From contig NMRA01000182.1 in NCBI GenBank assembly GCA_002633005.1, forward strand, positions 693,198-757,197: a DNA stretch of 64,000 bases, written 5' to 3'. Source of the stretch: Phoronis australis. Lineage: Eukaryota; Animalia; Phoronida. The notes below the pieces were generated by a model. The model saw only the letters and a program-made list of their open reading frames with translations, did no database searches and was not told where the DNA came from. Below are positions 54,701 through 64,000 of the stretch, piece by piece. Position numbers and translations under genes: made by a program. Numbering within the stretch: position 1 is the stretch's first letter; each line of letters starts with the position of its first letter.

Positions 54701-57150
54701 AATTGCTGGTGTTTCTCAGTATAGGCTGTGCTAATTAATAAATAATTGCAGATGGTCTGTACCTGACGTGTGCAAGCCGCGCATGAGGGCCTATTACACT
54801 CTTATCCTGAAACCATTTTATGCTTTAAAACCGAGCTGAGGAGCTAGAAACCTAACTCAAGTGTTTAGAAGTGAGACCCTGTGGGACTCGAACCCACGAC
54901 CTCGAGTAAAGAAAGTGGACACATTTCACACTAGGCCACACTACCTCCTGAATCTGTGCCAATTGGTTCAGTATTAGTAATGCCGCCCCTTTAGTAACTT
55001 GAAACATGAAGGGTACATGCTCAGTTTCATGTGCTCGTGTAAACACTCTATTTCAGCATCCAAATTACGACGGAAATGGCAATGGTTTCCCTAATGACAT
55101 AGCCTTGTTGAAATTTACCGAACCAGTCACTTTCACCAACGAGATCATTCCCGCATGTCTACCTCCCGCGGACATGATTATTGCCGGAAACGACAGCTGT
55201 TGGATTTCAGGATGGAGTAAAACCCAAGGTAGATTTACTACTCAGCGAATAAAAATGCTTACTTTACAGTACATGTTGTGTTTTGGTATACATGAATGTA
55301 CACGTTTGATTTTCAGGTATAAAACTTCAAGTTCTCATATCAGGCATGCGTTCAGTAGACGCTAGGACCTACGCTAGGACCTAGCCAAAAGGTAGTCAAG
55401 GTCACGTGCTCTTATTTAAAATACACTGAAATATCTCGCGTAATCTCGCAAAGTCTTGCTTTTAAGCTAGGTCCTAGCGTTACTGAACGGGAGGCAGATT
55501 TTTCAATTTTAGAGATCATGAGTACGATAAGCCTACAACATGGCCGACAAGTACAATTGTATTTTGTCAAATTTCTTGACAAGAATAAAATTCAAGAAAA
55601 TTTTATCCCGTTGTTAGTGTGACTTGTATAGTGCAGATATCGCAATGTAACATTTAGGAAAGTTTATATTACTTGCAGCATGATAATTTTGTTAATTGTT
55701 TTGTACGAAATAATTGAAGAATTATCGTATACCTGTAAATGCATCATTTTGTATAGCGTAACTCCGACAGCATTCAATCCCTCTTTGTCATGTCGCCTCG
55801 TTTAAGGAGAAAAGAACAGGGCGAATAATTCATTATTATCTGCTGCGTATTCTTACTTGTATTTCAATTTATAGACCCAAACCAGAAGAGCGAAATTTTG
55901 AACGAGCTGAAGGTTGACGTACTAACCAATGACGTATGCTCTGACAAGTGGAATAGCAGTTATATCAACAGCGGCCATGTTTGCTTGAACAACGGTCTCT
56001 CGGGAGCCTGCAATGTAAGTATCTATGGGTTAGCAAAACTGATTCGATGCCTGAAACCAACTAAATTGTAAACAATGCAGCAAATTTTATAAAAACTCTT
56101 TCCAAGTACCATGGAACATATTTTCGGTGCCACATTTTAAAGTCATTGCAAGTTGTGTATAAACATCCTTTTATTTGGCCTTCGACTTTTATCATAAACT
56201 TTGGATGCTTAGAAGTAGACACATGTAGCATGAACTTACAAATAGCAAGTTGATCACGGAAAAATACGATAACTGGCCTGATCAATGAAATGGTTTGTTA
56301 ACTTATTAACATAACAGCGTTAACTGTATTCCTACATGTGAAACGGAATGCGCACAAGCCATCCTAAGACCTTGGCATCGAAGTAGTTATTGCATTAATT
56401 TGCACACAAACAAATTGAAAAAACTCAGATGGTTTATAATATAAAGCACAGACACATCAGGCTGTGTTAAGCATAAATTGAATAAAGGCACATCGTGACT
56501 CTAATGGTTGGCAAAAACAAGCCTCTTTCGTGGTGTAATTCTTCCTGGAACCGAATTACCAGGAGAAACAGCGATCTTAGTTTTTTTTTAATCTAGTAAC
56601 CAATCCTAAATTGAATTTAATTTAATTGTTCATTTACATACAAGATGTAGCAGTCCCTGAAGAAACTGTTTTCAGCATCGTGGCACAGAGCAGGAAACCC
56701 CTAGATGTGAGGAGTTCCTTAACGCTGGGTTAACATGGAGTTTAGGACTCAAGAGAATAGGGCCGTTCAGTAAAGACGCTGTTAACAGCTAACCCAAGGT
56801 ATACTGAAGTTGTTTAGAAACACACCTAAATATTACGTCTTGTGTTTTGGCGGAAAATAGTTTGAAGGCGCCGCCAAAAGAAAAAGCAGTGTTTCAATGG
56901 CGAAAGGTGAAGTTTTGGCTGACCGTACCAATCGTAGATGTGGTTCTTTTGACTAATGTGAACACAACTTTTTTCTCTTTAGGGAGACAATGGTGGCCCA
57001 CTTTCATGCAAAGGTGACGACGGGAAATGGTACGTGAACGGCGCTGCCTCGTGGGGCCCATTAGGATGTAAGACGGAAGGTTACCCCAGTGTCTATTCAC
57101 GAGTAACCTTCTTCCTGGATTGGATCAAGGACACATTGACTAACCATTAA
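21733..57150 (+). CDS. Secreted multidomain serine-protease homologue (signal peptide-ShKT-CUB-6Cys module-trypsin domain, catalytically inactive); 11 coding exons, 467 aa
   Basis: Hand-spliced join(21733-21777,24396-24456,42657-42788,44084-44262,45439-45574,46647-46745,47109-47274,48748-48853,55057-55228,55875-56014,56983-57150) = 1404 nt, open frame, all GT-AG, intron phases 0,1,1,0,1,1,2,0,1,0. Linking exons 1-2 to exon 3 across an 18 kb intron is inferred from phase match and signal-peptide logic. Confidence 0.85.
22085..23724 (-). mobile_element. Kolobok-type element, copy 3 (in intron 1)
   Basis: TTAA on both sides, same TIRs and internal sequence. Confidence 0.85.
24396..24456 (+). 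CDS. Exon 2: end of signal peptide and short pro-region (ALIGCHG-QTIDQEMRKGKGA)
   Basis: Strong acceptor tttgttttcttcag, donor GTAAGT; C-H-G resembles a signal peptidase -3/-1 site; phase 0 to 1. Confidence 0.7.
24621..25225 (+). mobile_element. Penelope-like element 3' fragment with GIY-YIG endonuclease
   Basis: VVYEFVCP...C...YIGQT...L..R...AI.DH...H...E.LLI...P.LN; AATAAA near end. Confidence 0.85.
25089..25128 (+). ncRNA. Minimal type I hammerhead ribozyme motif (U3-A8 variant) in Penelope-like pLTR
   Basis: cac-TTGAGAA-tgaaac aagtat gttcc-GAAA-TA-TC-gtg: 3-bp stem I, core, stem II, palindromic ATAT stem III. Confidence 0.6.
25400..26670 (+). repeat. Unclassified coding-derived repeat family B (longest copy)
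   Basis: Homologous pieces at 12440-12850 (-), 11206-11350 (-), 7897-8440 (+), weaker at about 15340-15600. Confidence 0.7.
26923..30575 (+). mobile_element. Degenerate Gypsy (Mag-like) LTR-retrotransposon internal region: gag-PR-RT-RH-INT
   Basis: gag NETYERFLF..R.Q...E, two Cys/His knuckles (27577-27680), DNGA protease site, LRICLDP, CIADD, DAS..G, YAQIEK, ADALSR, SDGGPQ, ANGAAE; many stops and frameshifts; no LTR pair found. Confidence 0.92.
33077..33499. mobile_element. Inverted dimer of hAT5-like MITE
   Basis: Two opposed copies fused at CCCCTGGGG (about 33350-33358); TSD ACTAG flanks the whole unit. Confidence 0.7.
38726..38889. mobile_element. hAT5-like MITE (monomer of the 33 kb family)
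   Basis: CAGTGGCG...CCCCTCTG, TSD GAACA. Confidence 0.75.
39107..39411. mobile_element. hAT5-like MITE
   Basis: CAGTGGCTGATCTAGG...CCTAAATCCGCCTATG, imperfect TSD ATTTT/ATTGT. Confidence 0.55.
40040..40550. repeat. Unclassified ~500-bp repeat family C, copy 1
   Basis: Direct diverged match to 42933-43460. Confidence 0.8.
40564..41812 (+). mobile_element. Kolobok-type element, copy 4: 5'-truncated, diverged, retains more coding remnant
   Basis: Right TIR + TTAA at 41813-41816; - strand MVWCIV...GISFF/RFP...MLRKWLAIVKKENY...RVC (THAP, frameshifted); + strand YQLEPE...RLNDLSWC...CLRDHPDF (KolX/P2X7-ballast-like). Confidence 0.8.
42657..42788 (+). CDS. Exon 3: ShKT domain (CLDEIMNCELLARLGLCTAHKYEELMSKHCKNTCHLC)
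   Basis: Six-Cys ShKT pattern C-x-D...C...C...C-x-x-T-C-x-x-C; acceptor acgcag, donor GTGAGT; phase 1-1. Confidence 0.9.
42933..43460. repeat. Unclassified repeat family C, copy 2
   Basis: Direct diverged match to 40040-40550. Confidence 0.8.
44084..44262 (+). CDS. Exon 4: CUB domain N-half (CGGNFEGESGIIQSPNYPSNY...CEYDYLE)
   Basis: CUB motifs CGG, SPNYP, C-x-YDYL; splice sites cag/GTACGT. Confidence 0.95.
44406..44790. mobile_element. MITE with CATAGACTATAG-type TIRs
   Basis: Imperfect ~30-bp TIRs; the same end motif occurs at 1011-1042. Confidence 0.6.
45439..45574 (+). CDS. Exon 5: CUB domain C-half (IQDNGASKKLCG...MRFVTDSSVQQTGWKIEFE)
   Basis: CUB motifs LCG, F-x-TD-x-S, G-W/F; splice sites ttacag/GTGAGT. 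Confidence 0.95.
46168..46203 (+). CDS. Possible extra 36-nt Pro-rich linker exon (GAPVPNAVPPLK)
   Basis: Acceptor ttgttaatag, frame-preserving phase 1-1, but weak donor GTATAT directly abutting a MITE. Confidence 0.35.
46207..46574. mobile_element. MITE with long imperfect TIRs
   Basis: TATTAAATGCA..TTACATGCTTG mirrored at the right end; internal TATACACTGTAACACTCTTCAA also mirrored. Confidence 0.65.
46647..46745 (+). CDS. Exon 6: compact six-cysteine module (CKYTCVPEVFCTGQVVNEHCAAAGTVCC)
   Basis: C-x3-C-x5-C-x8-C-x6-CC; acceptor ttttccacag, donor GTAAGA; phase 1-1. Confidence 0.85.
47109..47274 (+). CDS. Exon 7: activation segment and trypsin-domain start (CGVRKESR-IVGG...WPWQVSL...HFCGATLI...TSARCV)
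   Basis: R-IVGG, WPWQVSL, HFCG; catalytic His position reads CGT (Arg) at 47261-47263. Confidence 0.95.
48748..48853 (+). CDS. Exon 8: trypsin domain (KVVLGEH...KIFM)
   Basis: V-x-LGEH motif; splice sites tttttag/GTAAGT. Confidence 0.92.
49107..54464. mobile_element. Helentron-associated (HINE-like) element with tandem array, split by the LINE
   Basis: Repeated TGCACCTAATGACC and GACCTTTG units on both sides of the LINE, AAG/AAT microsatellite 54367-54410, terminal hairpin CTCTGC..GCAGAG. Confidence 0.65.
50291..53912 (+). mobile_element. Degenerate L2/CR1-group LINE (APE endonuclease + RT) in intron 8
   Basis: DILCLNETWL, GGGVAIY, YRPPS, GDFN, PTR, NYRP.S.LP, QSGFRP, DLKKAFD, PQGSILGPLLF, YADDT; 3' stem-loop and (AATA)n tail. 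Confidence 0.95.
54740..54947 (-). mobile_element. tRNA-derived SINE
   Basis: A box TGGCCTAGTG and B box GGTTCGAGTCC in 54872-54947, no proper cloverleaf; 3' boundary approximate. Confidence 0.6.
55057..55228 (+). CDS. Exon 9: trypsin domain with Asp102 (HPNY...NDIALLK...PACLP...CWISGWS)
   Basis: NDIALLK and P-A-CLP motifs; tttcag/GTAGAT. Confidence 0.95.
55875..56014 (+). CDS. Exon 10: trypsin domain (ILNELKVDVLTNDVC...HVC...SGACN)
   Basis: Cys168/Cys182/Cys191 positions conserved; tttatag/GTAAGT. Confidence 0.92.
56983..57150 (+). CDS. Exon 11: trypsin domain C-terminus (GDNGGPLSC...SWG..GC...PSVYSRV..FLDWI), stop TAA
   Basis: GDSGGP motif reads GDNGGP (AAT at 56989-56991); long polypyrimidine acceptor. 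Confidence 0.95.
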   Translation, partial: GDNGGPLSCKGDDGKWYVNGAASWGPLGCKTEGYPSVYSRVTFFLDWIKDTLTNH

Positions 57151-59199
57151 TCTTCTATATGGTTATATGAGTGTTAACGATGAAGTGGTAAAATGAAAAT
57201 GATTACCTTCTGAATCACACAGGTAGTGTTTTCTTTTATTTAACTTATTCGATTATAACTTCACCTGCGAAACCAGTTATTTTTCAATACAATGACTAGC
57301 GTTCTTAGTTACACAGCAGACAATAATGACGTGAATGGAGTTCATTGATTAATTCAATGTCACGATTCATCGCCTTTGGCTGGGTTTTTTCTATTGTGAA
57401 CTATATGATTTCGATTTGACCTTTAATCTATGGTCAGCGCGCTTTCGGATTCCCCAAAGACCTACAACTTCAAACTTGGGTAAAACACAAAACTTCATAA
57501 AACTAATAGTGGAAAATTTACATATTTTAAGTGGTTTTATGTCAGACCTTGACTACAGTTAAGAGCAAAATTACAAATAAACCTAAGGGCAGTGGGTGGA
57601 ACCATCTCCACGGCCGTAGAATAATTCTTACAAAGCAGATCACTTACCATGGAATCGGAACCGTTACCCTGTCATAGCCCACAAAACATTACGCAGTGCA
57701 AAAATTCTTATCACGCACAAGATTTAGTGCATGGACCCGTAGTGCGTGGTAAACGTGCCAATGTGTACCAAACGAAGCAAGACTTGCCATTGAAATACAT
57801 ATACCATCTGGTCTTGACGTGATAGTCACATTAATCATTAGTCAGAGATGTGCACGCCTAATACCATATCTATAGGTTATGGAATTCATGATGTGACATA
57901 TTATTGGGGACAAATAAACTAACAATAATATATATTTTAGACTGTATTGGGAATTTCAGGGTCACAGCTCTACAAGTGAATATTTCCCAGAAGGAACCAG
58001 ATGGGTTCCTTAATTACAAGACATAACACACATTTGCGATACCCAATGTGTAATTGAGTATCGGATACTAAGTGGCACAGGTTACCATGGTACCAAATGG
58101 TACATAATACCAAATAGGTATCTGCCGATTACCTACCAAGTGGGTCGAGCAAAACGGCAAATTCAATAACAAGTATCAAATGGGTACAAGCTGCCAAATG
58201 GGCAAATGTCATATAAAGTGCCAAGTGGGTACACCAAACAGCCAACTGGGCAAAGCAGGTTCCGGACAAGCTGAGTGATCATACCATCCAGAGTGATAAA
58301 AAGAAATATTGTAAGGAACGTGGTGTTGTGGCTCAGTATGTGCTGAGAGCTGTGACCGGGCTGGAGAGAGGCAAGCTGCAATGATGGACGCTCGAGTACA
58401 GGTCTGGTCGCTAGCCAATGACGTCTTTTCTTGCTTGAAGGTAACACGCTCCGGACTTGAAGGAGGTACCAGCAGTGACTGCAATAACAACAATGACCAA
58501 CAGCAGATTTTGTTCGACAAAAGTAGGGAGGGTCGGAAAGATATAAATCCGTTGAATTGAGATTTTGTGGAACCCAGGGTAGGGAGGGTGGGAGAGGTAT
58601 CAAATTGTCTAATTGGGAAAACTTAGGAGTGAATGTACTGTTGCTTGAGGCTGGGCCAACAGGAAGCTGGAGAGAAAGAACTTGATTGACGGCTGTGGGG
58701 AAAGACCGCATCTCTGGAACTGCAAAATACATTTTTCGACACAACGAATCCAAGTTTTCATGCCAAAAATAAGATTTAGGCCCTGTCCACACGGCTCCAT
58801 TTCAATTTGAAGACCCAGCTTTTTCTTTGCACTTTCAAAGAATTCTCCATTCTCGTGTATCCTTTTGCACTGTTCTTAAAATTCCTCCGTGCACGCGCAT
58901 CGTTTTTCATCCTTTTCAAACATTCTCTCGTTCTCACAAATTCATTGGAAGACCTGTGGACGGAAGTCATACTCGAAACAAAAAGTAGCCTCCTTAAATG
59001 CTTGCGCTTTCAAAGTTTACCTATTTGACCTTTCTAATTCAGTGAATGCTTTCAGGACAAATGTGAACGGAGTCGTTTTGACAGGAAGCGAGCACATTTT
59101 GATATTCAGAAATGACAACAACAACTGCAACATTAACAGTGATAATAACAGTATACGGACAATAATAATAATAATAATAGTAATAACCAGAAAGATTAC

Positions 59200-59840
59200 T
59201 GTCACGGTGAAACAATAATGGACACTGCGTGTGCGTTTTACTGGAAGTGTTACAGGAAGTTATTGACAACAACCCGTTTACTAATGTGAAAAGGAAGTCC
59301 GTAAAACTATAGGAGAAAATAATTGTTGATAATTTGATGTTCTTTGCAACAATTGGCCCTTGCCGGTGCATCATGAGCTCTGATGAGAGAAGAAATGTAA
59401 ACTCAATGAAAAGTGTGGTCAGTGCTAAGAATCACAGATCCCTAACTTTAAGCACTTTAGAATACAAGATGAATGGATTGGTAAAAATTCCAGAAGAAAA
59501 ATGAACGTAATGACCCCATGTTTGCACCAAATGACCTACTAACAGATATGTAAATTTGAAGTGTGTATCTCAAAATTTTAGTTTGCACCTAATGTCCTTT
59601 GACCTGTTTAATATGATTGGATGAATCGATTATTTAGGAAAGTTTTTTTTTAAATTCCCTTGTTGACTTATACCTGAGCACCAAATTTAAAAAAGAAGGA
59701 GTAGCGTTTTGAAAATTACATGTCCTTTGCACCAAATGACCTCTTCCGGTGCATGATAAGCCTCTTTGGTAGAATTATTTCAAAGTCCGTGTAAAGGGTG
59801 TTTAATGCTGCGAATCAATTGTTTAACTGTTGACACGTCA
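59200..59840. repeat. Further copy of the Helentron-type array
   Basis: 59200-59530 aligns to 49200-49540, 59540-59760 to 54020-54250. Confidence 0.75.
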
Positions 59841-60579
59841 GAATACTAGCGAATAAATAAAAACAATTAATAAATAAAAATAGATAAATAACAAAGAAGA
59901 GATAAAAACAAATATGTAAATATCTTTTTCAGTGCAATAAAAACAAATATATGATAATATAACAATAATAAAATTAGTACATATACAGTAATAGTAAATA
60001 TAATTATCTTTTAGATCTGAATGTATTAAGACTACAGAAAGAAATGAAAGAAAGAAATTAGAAGCATCAATGGGCATAGAATACGCTTATCAGTAGTTCT
60101 CAAAATCATGCAAACAAATTGCGAAAATTTCTACATGAGCAATCAAATGCAGGGAACAGTAAAGACATTAAGTTCAAATCACCCAGTCATCAGTTTCAAG
60201 CAAAAACACCCTTTGTTTCAATCGTGAACATCATCTATCTTAATCAGTGGAGAAGCAAGAAAGCTTTTGCAAGAATGTTCAACTAGTTGCTGCTGCAGCC
60301 GTGGGCAGTGCAAAAAGCATGGCTTAATGCAACCGATGGTGTGAACAAGATAATCAATAAGAACACGATAGCTACAAAGATTTTCCTTATCTTCAATTGA
60401 ATTTCTCACCGTATTCAGTTCTATGTCAGGCCTGTGAGAAGGCAAAAATTTCTGGGGGCACAAACTAATCTGACTTTCCAACCTACCCCCTTCATATCGC
60501 CACCCCCACCTTCGCACCCCCGGTGTCTGGATGTCACCATATTTGTACTGGACCCCTAAATATGAAAAAATCTATATCT

Positions 60580-61283
60580 TGTCAGAATATAGACTGACAC
60601 TGTTTGTAGTTGTATTGTTTTGATTTGTTCGATTGGCATGACCCCTGAGTTCAGTACATTGATGATGTAATTTGTTTACTACAGAATAGTATGGACCTTT
60701 CTAGAAGACTCTAGCATGTCAGTGATTAACTCAGTCTGGAATATTCTAGAGACTAGTATATGTTTGTAGAATGATTGGGTAGATTCCGGAAAGTTCTAGA
60801 ACGTGCTTGAATTGGTGAAAAGTTCTAAAATAATGCATTAGTCTGTGAATACCCAGGCACGGATTTGTATTAGTCAGTTAAGCATAAAAGCAGTAAAGTT
60901 GTTAAGTGTTCAGCAGCCAGAGTAAAGCAATTAACAGTTAAACAGTGGAGAGCATTTCAGTTGAGTTGCAGCTAAGAAAATCAGTAGTTACACCGAGATT
61001 CAATGGAGAGCCAGCTATATAGACAGAAGATTATTTGAATCAGCGAGTGTAACAGTTGCTGGAAGTGTCTCAGAAGTTCATACAAGTCAAGGCTTCACAG
61101 CACGTGGCTGGAGCATAAAACTGGCATTACGTCGAAGGTTTCGTTTGAGAAGATTTGTGAACGTACGGTCGAGATTAATAAAAGGATTAACTCGAACCAG
61201 TCTTCAGTCTATCATTGCACCGAAAGCTATTAGCACCGGTCTGTAACAACCTGTGCCCACCCACACACGGGGAAAACATGACA
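60580..61283 (+). mobile_element. Probable solo LTR
   Basis: TGTCA...TGACA ends, AATAAA about 100 nt from the 3' end; TSD not clean. Confidence 0.5.
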
Positions 61284-62749
61284 ATATGCACACTCAATGT
61301 GTAGGCCACGAACAGTACTACTCTCTCCGGGGACTTTCAAATGTTCCCCATTGTTATTTGTATGTGTTGAACAATATTTTTTAGCTTTCAGACTTGTGAC
61401 ATACTTTTCCAGGAGTAATTGATGTTTACCTCATCAGCAAATATCTAATTTAATGGCATTCAACAATTGCGGTTGTCCACCAAAGTCCCAATTCCGTTGT
61501 TTAATTATTCCTCAAAATAGCCCCTCATTTCCACAAACGTTGCCGACTGAATTGGGGAAAATTCGAATGTACTTGGTGTTACTTTCAACAAGTGCACCTC
61601 ATGGACGTAAATGTATTGCAGTCGAAGATAAAATGTGTGAAGCAACTTCCCTCAATCTGACATGTTTTGAGTTGTTCTGGTAGGCGGCCATATTGGATTG
61701 AAGTTGCATACATTTCTCTGTTGTCGTATCATGTCAGGCGACTGATAAAGAGGGCTTTTGATTGTGAACGATGTCCTTATGTTACTACACAGCTGCAAAG
61801 AAGTACAGATCTGTGTGTCATGTGGTCACTCACGGAAAGCACACAGGGTGCAATGGGCGGAATGTAACACGCTGCGTCAAGGACAAGAATGTATTCAGCA
61901 ATAGGGTTACTGAACCAACAACTAACTCTAAGTGTAGAACGCCCCTTCATGGAGAGTGTCGGAAAAGCTCTAGTTGTACTTTGGTCTGTTGCACAATTAA
62001 AACTAGTCACCACGGTGGCAAACATGTAAAGGATTCTCATCGAGCATTTTGCGGCGGTCACTTCTGACCACACGCAGGTCATGTGACCAAACACCTCGAT
62101 TTGAGATTAGAGAAGGAGCGTGAGAGGAGTGCGTTCTGAGCGGTGACCATCGATTATTGAGGTTCATGACAATGACCTATCATTTATTATCTGCGTTTTC
62201 TTCGGTTGTTATGAAGCTAATACACTTTTTACAAACAAAGATAGCATATGTCACAAAACTCTGCGGTCTTATCGGGCGAGGATTAATGTTAATTCTTAAC
62301 CAGCTCACTGAAGATTCCATACAGTAACGAAAAAACCCACTTATGAAATATCCCTAATAGTTTGTCCCTCTAACCAAAATTTCTAGGTTATCATCAAATA
62401 TTTAACAGCACCACTGCTACTGTGTCACACTAAATGTTGTGCGCTACGACTCGAAAAGCTTGTAGCACTTGCCGCAGCTCATAATACTTGATGTTATTGT
62501 TTAAAGTACAATATTTTCAGATTGCGACATACTTTAAGTTCAGTTTGGCAAAGTGTCTATACTGCTCATGACGAATCCAAACAGGCAGTACACGACCCAA
62601 CCCCCACACTGTAGAATTCAATGATTTGTAATCATCCACCACTCTCCCATTGTGTGTGTTACCTGTTCATTTTTGCCAAGCCAAAAAGAAGGACACTTCC
62701 AAGTTCGAAAAATAAATATTTAATTAAGCAATTCAATTGACAATCCATT

Positions 62750-63973
62750 ATATAATTAAATTAAGGTTATGTAAGACCTCAAAAAAATTTTAAATTTGGC
62801 TGATCGGATTCATATAAAACTTCCAGATAATATGCTTTATGCACTACTTTCAAAACGATGTTAGGAATTGTTCTTAAATAGATCCACTTTTCCATGAGGA
62901 GCTTTCAAAAAGATCACTTTTATGGTTTTGATAAAAAACTCCAAAGTTGCATGAAACGAAATGAAATGATATCTTATAAAACCATAGCAGCACTTCTGAG
63001 ATCTTGAACACTTGTTTATCAGGTCCTATATAACATTAAATTTCAAAAATTTTAAATCGAACATTTAAGTTATCGACATCTTCTAGCAAGCCCACGTCGT
63101 GGTTAAAACTCGTTGTACGTCAAAATCTAGCTTTCTCAAATAGAGCTTCTCTGTTTAAGGTGCTCTGGTTCATCCAAACATGAGGCTTTCATAAGCGAGA
63201 GTTTTTGAATCTTTGAAATTTAAAATCTGTTCTCTAATCGACGTCTTCTGCTATCAGTTCGCCAATAAAGGTGAAAGCTTCGCGTACCTCATTCTCTGCC
63301 GTTTCTGAGTCTGAGCCTGATTGGTTATGAGTTAAGGGTTCCTCACGTTCAACTCTAGAGGTGTCCATGACTGATAGTGTCTGGTCATCGGGTCGGGGTT
63401 CTTCAAAAGCGGAGGCTGTCTCCCAGTCACAGCCCGATCCATCCATAACGAGGTTGTGTCAAAGTATTCTTCGTATCCATTTCCTGCTTCTCCTTCGTAT
63501 GTGGATAATTCATCAAAATCATCGTATTCACACTCGTGTGTTGCCTTTCTCGCGACGTTGTCATCCTTCACCTGGCCGTAGATGCTACTGGCTGATGCAA
63601 TGCCACACTGAAGTGTTTTATCATCGATAGCATATTCATTCTTCAGGCTTTCTCTTTCCTCCACATGCGTACAGTCTCCCTCATTCAGTGGGACGTCATC
63701 GTTGTAGGCGTTAGCAACACTGGCGATGCCTGCAGCAGCGGTCCCATCTTCGCGAGAGTCAGTACCAGATGCAGTAGCGGCGGAAGCTGCACCATCAGCG
63801 ACCGTTGCACTGGTCGAAGCTACACTAGCAGTGCCCCTTGAAACTTCAAATACACTCTCTTCTTTTTCATAATTCTCTTTTTCTACAACTACAGACTCTT
63901 CCATCGTAGCATACGATTTCAAGTTCACGTTCGCACGCATCCTCTTGGGAGGTAGACCAGCATATCTCATCAT
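62750..63973 (-). pseudogene. Intronless, frameshifted acidic/Ala-Ser-rich ORF remnant of unknown origin
   Basis: 213-aa and 70-aa overlapping ORFs joined by a frameshift near 63450, followed by stop-interrupted globular-looking sequence. Confidence 0.4.
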
Positions 63974-64000
63974 TGGTTCGGTTTCAAAGTCGATGGATAG

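Noticed and set aside
54872-54947. tRNA gene
   Set aside because: A and B boxes are present but acceptor and anticodon stems do not pair; better explained as a SINE head.
58163-59218. Cluster of overlapping ORFs up to 209 aa
   Set aside because: No recognisable motif or splice pattern; probably decayed repeat, cannot be called.
59838-60077. Hydrophobic 79-aa ORF
   Set aside because: A-rich low-complexity DNA read on the T-rich strand.
61473-61490. WDFGGQ on the - strand (Roc GTPase G3-like)
   Set aside because: No P-loop or other Roc motifs; frame has stops on both sides.
1-64000. Prokaryotic operon, defence system or CRISPR locus
   Set aside because: Spliceosomal introns, low coding density and metazoan transposons throughout.

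Overview
AT-rich, repeat-dense eukaryotic DNA, most likely from a marine invertebrate (lophotrochozoan-like; taxon inferred from gene and transposon content, not determined). The ORF track is mostly noise here because the real gene is spliced. I reconstruct one intact host gene on the + strand: 11 coding exons over about 35 kb (21733-57150), all introns GT-AG, 1404 nt, 467 aa. It encodes signal peptide, ShKT domain, CUB domain, a small 6-Cys (clip/beta-defensin-like) module and a trypsin-family domain. Two of the three catalytic residues are replaced (His57->Arg, TSARC; Ser195->Asn, GDNGGP), so it is a secreted pseudo-protease. The rest is mobile DNA: four Kolobok-type elements (TTAA target sites, THAP and KolX-like remnants), a degenerate Gypsy, an L2/CR1-group LINE, an RNase H LINE fragment next to a 28-bp minisatellite, Penelope-like GIY-YIG fragments with minimal hammerhead motifs, Helentron-type arrays, several MITE families and unclassified coding-derived repeats. 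Swapped flanks around two inverted Kolobok copies indicate a transposon-mediated inversion of 7.9-9.5 kb. All alignments were done by eye; no database searches were run.
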